From: Phoronis australis
Taxonomy: Eukaryota > Animalia > Phoronida
Length of the DNA stretch: 64,000 nucleotides
Assembly: GCA_002633005.1 (NCBI GenBank)
Contig: NMRA01000234.1
Span: forward strand, 105,405 to 169,404
Reading direction: 5' to 3'
Of the stretch, positions 61,268-64,000 are shown in pieces. The notes beneath the pieces were generated by a model that was not told where the DNA came from, ran no database searches, and worked only from the letters and a program-made list of their open reading frames with translations. The position numbers were made by a program, and so were the translations under genes. Position 1 is the first letter of the stretch. Each line of letters begins with the position of its first letter.

Positions 61268-63451
61268 AACAAATTCAAAACAGCGCGCAATCTAACCAAT
61301 AAGGCAACAAAACAGGCCAAGGCATATTATTATAAAACGTTAATTAATGACAACAAATCAGATGGTAATTCCTTGTGGAAAATTATAAAGTCTGTTTTAT
61401 CAGGGAAATCGAATACTAATATCGCTGAACTGAATACGGATGATGGCATGACATCTGATTACGCAGTCATGGGTAATACCTTTAACGACTTTTTCACGAA
61501 TATTGGCCATAACCTAGCACGAAAATTTGGAAACACTAGTCATTTATTTCCACCCCAGGTCAGCGAACAGATGGCTTTTAAATTCCATAAGGTTGACGCT
61601 AAGTTTGTTTGCCATCAACTCAAATCAATGGATGGCAATTCTGTAACTGGAACTGATGGCATCAGTACTAAAATCCTTAAACTATCTGCTGAGACAATCT
61701 CTCAGCCCATTACTTCACTGATCAATTTATCATTGAAAACATCAACCATCAGAGTGGAAATCCGCCGTTGTTACTCCACTTTTCAAAGACGGTGACAAAT
61801 CATGCTGCAAAAATTACAGACCCATTTCAATTCTGGCATCTATATCAAAAATCCTTGAAAAGTGGGTCCACAAACAACTTCATTCTTACTTCCAAACTAA
61901 CAACCTCTAGACTGATGCCCAGTCTGGTTTTCGACCACTCCATTCAACAATAACTACTAACATTGACGTCACTGACCATATTTATTCTAATATGGATCAA
62001 GGATTATTGACTGGTGCTGTTTTTATTGATCTAAAAAAACATTTGACACCGTCGACCACACTATCTTGGGGTTACCGGTGTGGAAGCCAAGTGGTTTCAG
62101 GATTATCTTGGTAACAGAACTCAAGCTACCCGTGTCGGCAAAGATATCTCTGATCTCAAAACCGTTAAAACAGGTGTTCCCCAGGGGTCTATACTGGGGC
62201 CCTTGCTATTTTGCATCTTTCTCAATGATCTCCCCTCAGTAATTCAAAATTCTAAGATTGTTCTCTATGCGGATGACACAACAATACTGTCTACAGGCAG
62301 AACCTCATCTGAAATCCAGGCCAATCTCAACTCTGATTTAGCAATCATTTCAGATTGGTTTGTATCCAATAAACTATCTTTAAATTTTTCTAAAACTAAA
62401 ACTCTTCTATTTGGCACACCCAAAAACTTAGAAACCAAACCCTGTCATTAACTATGGATGGAAGACCAATTGAGAAGGTCAATTCGTTTAAATATCTGGG
62501 ACTTATATATGATCAAAATCTTAAATTCTCTCACCACGTTGATTATATCTCGAAAAAGGTGTCTAAGAAAATTGGCTTATTGAAACGCATCAGTAAATTT
62601 GAGCAACACTGAAAACACTTTTTAATGCTATCATTCAACCTCATCTAAATTATTGCCTCCCGGTGTGGGGTGTTGCATCAGGCAAGGATATGAAAACCAC
62701 CCAGGTTATCCAAAATAGGGCTGCCCGGATTATGCTGGGAGCTGGTGTTAGAGATATTAACATCGAAAACCTTCATAAAGAGACTGGTACAATGAAAATT
62801 CAGACAAGACATCAATTCCTATCTGCTTGTTGTATGTACAAATGTTTTAAAGGTCTTGTCCCATCTTACTTGTGTGCTAAGTTTAAGATGACTACAAATC
62901 GCTACAATACTAGGTCCTCATCATCATCTGATTTCAATCTTCCTAAACGCAGAAACAAAACTGGGAAAAAATCATTTTCCTACAGCGGGCCCTTTTTATG
63001 GAACTCTCTCCCTGCAGATGCCAAATCTACATCATCCTTTCTAACCTTTAAAAGAATTATAAGAAATAGACTTAACTTCATTTAGTGTCTAAGAATTGCA
63101 TGTTTGTTCATTTGTTATTTATATAATGTCTTACTTTTATTAATTATTTACTGTCTGTTTTTATTTTTTTATATTTATATTTGTATTTATATTTTAGTTA
63201 ATTATCTTGTCTTAGTTTCTTTATCTTCTATTTATCATATTTTATTTTTTATTTTGCTTCATCAGTCTTTCCGTGTTAATTTCTTATTCTTTGCTTATTA
63301 CTTAAATTTGTCTTTCATTTTGTAATTCTGTTTTTGTTTTACTATATGTTTGTTTTTTACTGAGGGCCCCCATGGAAAGCAGTGTGAACTGATTGGGGCT
63401 ACCCTCATTGTAAATCTTACATTAATAAATAAATAATAAATAAAAATAAAA
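61268..63451 (+). mobile_element. 5'-truncated CR1/L2-group LINE (RT pseudogene with 3' stem-loop and (TAAA)n tail)
   Basis: FNDFFTNIG, GTDGI, NYRPISIL, QSGFRP.HST, FIDLKK/FDTVDH, GVPQGSILGPLLF and LYADDT across frameshifts and one deletion. AT-rich 3' UTR, GAGGGCCCC...GGGGCTACCCTC hairpin and aataaataaata tail. Possible ACTAG TSD at 61263-61267 and 63452-63456. Confidence 0.93.
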
Positions 63452-63689
63452 ACTAGTTCACTTTACCAACCAGCAAAACCCACAGTCTGACCACCCCCAA
63501 GCCATAATGACGCAAAGGATCAACGCGGGGGCGATCAAAGATCAACGTTAAAGTGGAACTTGCTCACAATCCTTATCTCTGTGATTGCTCAGTCAAATTA
63601 GTTAGTAACACAACATATAACGACGGTGTGAATATGAAGTAGGTTGAAAATTTGTGTGGAAATGATCCGCTGTAAATCATTCAACCGTG

Positions 63690-63790
63690 TCCTGCGCCAC
63701 TATTGGTTTCCCGTTTATTATTTTACGCGAGTTATTCGTTTGACTATTTTTGTTAGTCCTTCCGGTTTCGCCATTTGCGATAAATAAACA
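63690..63790. promoter_or_regulatory. Possible housekeeping-type promoter elements of a neighbouring gene
   Basis: ATTGG (CCAAT box), CTTCCGG (ETS-like) and CGCCATTT (YY1-like) cluster in a locally CpG-richer stretch; no exon identified. Confidence 0.3.
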
Positions 63791-64000
63791 CAAATATTTT
63801 GAGTTCACACATTTACTCTTATTTTACTGGCGTGGTGGCAGCGTGTTCTTAACGAACCATGGCTAAGGCACCCAAGCAGTGGTGTCTGACGAAATCCGAA
63901 ACTATAAACTCCTTCGACAATTGGAGACATAATATAACCTATGTTTTATCGCTGGACGCTAACTTTGCTGACTTTTTGCAAGGCGATTTTACTTGGGACA

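Overview
Eukaryotic, intron-rich animal genomic DNA, AT-rich, with one N-gap at 4308-4780. It is probably an invertebrate lophotrochozoan such as a mollusc; this is inferred from protein and repeat styles, not proven. Two convergent spliced protein-coding genes can be fully rebuilt from GT-AG junctions. The first is mitochondrial malonyl-CoA:ACP transacylase (MCAT/FabD-like; + strand, 4 coding exons, 2737-8096, 418 aa). The second is a beta-1-syntrophin-like gene (- strand, 6 coding exons, 47393-12218, 503 aa, with a 27.8-kb first intron). The rest is intronic or intergenic and rich in minisatellites and transposon relics. Most ORFs in the supplied track are spurious. No prokaryote-type system (CRISPR, operon, defence island) is present. 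The most notable signals are mobile elements: (1) a 5.0-kb TTAA-flanked TIR element with decayed exons of a transposase-like gene, inserted into a CR1-type LINE whose reading frame is restored on removal; (2) a 1.43-kb CAC...GTG element with about 175-bp TIRs and a perfect 5-bp TSD (Transib/RAG-like signature); (3) a Helentron-type non-autonomous element carrying CTCF-like motifs. Also notable are a monomer-to-dimer higher-order minisatellite, a 464-bp tandem duplication upstream of the syntrophin start, a triple-hairpin cluster and a degenerate Penelope hammerhead. Coordinates and identities were read by eye, and family assignments come from recalled motifs, not database searches.
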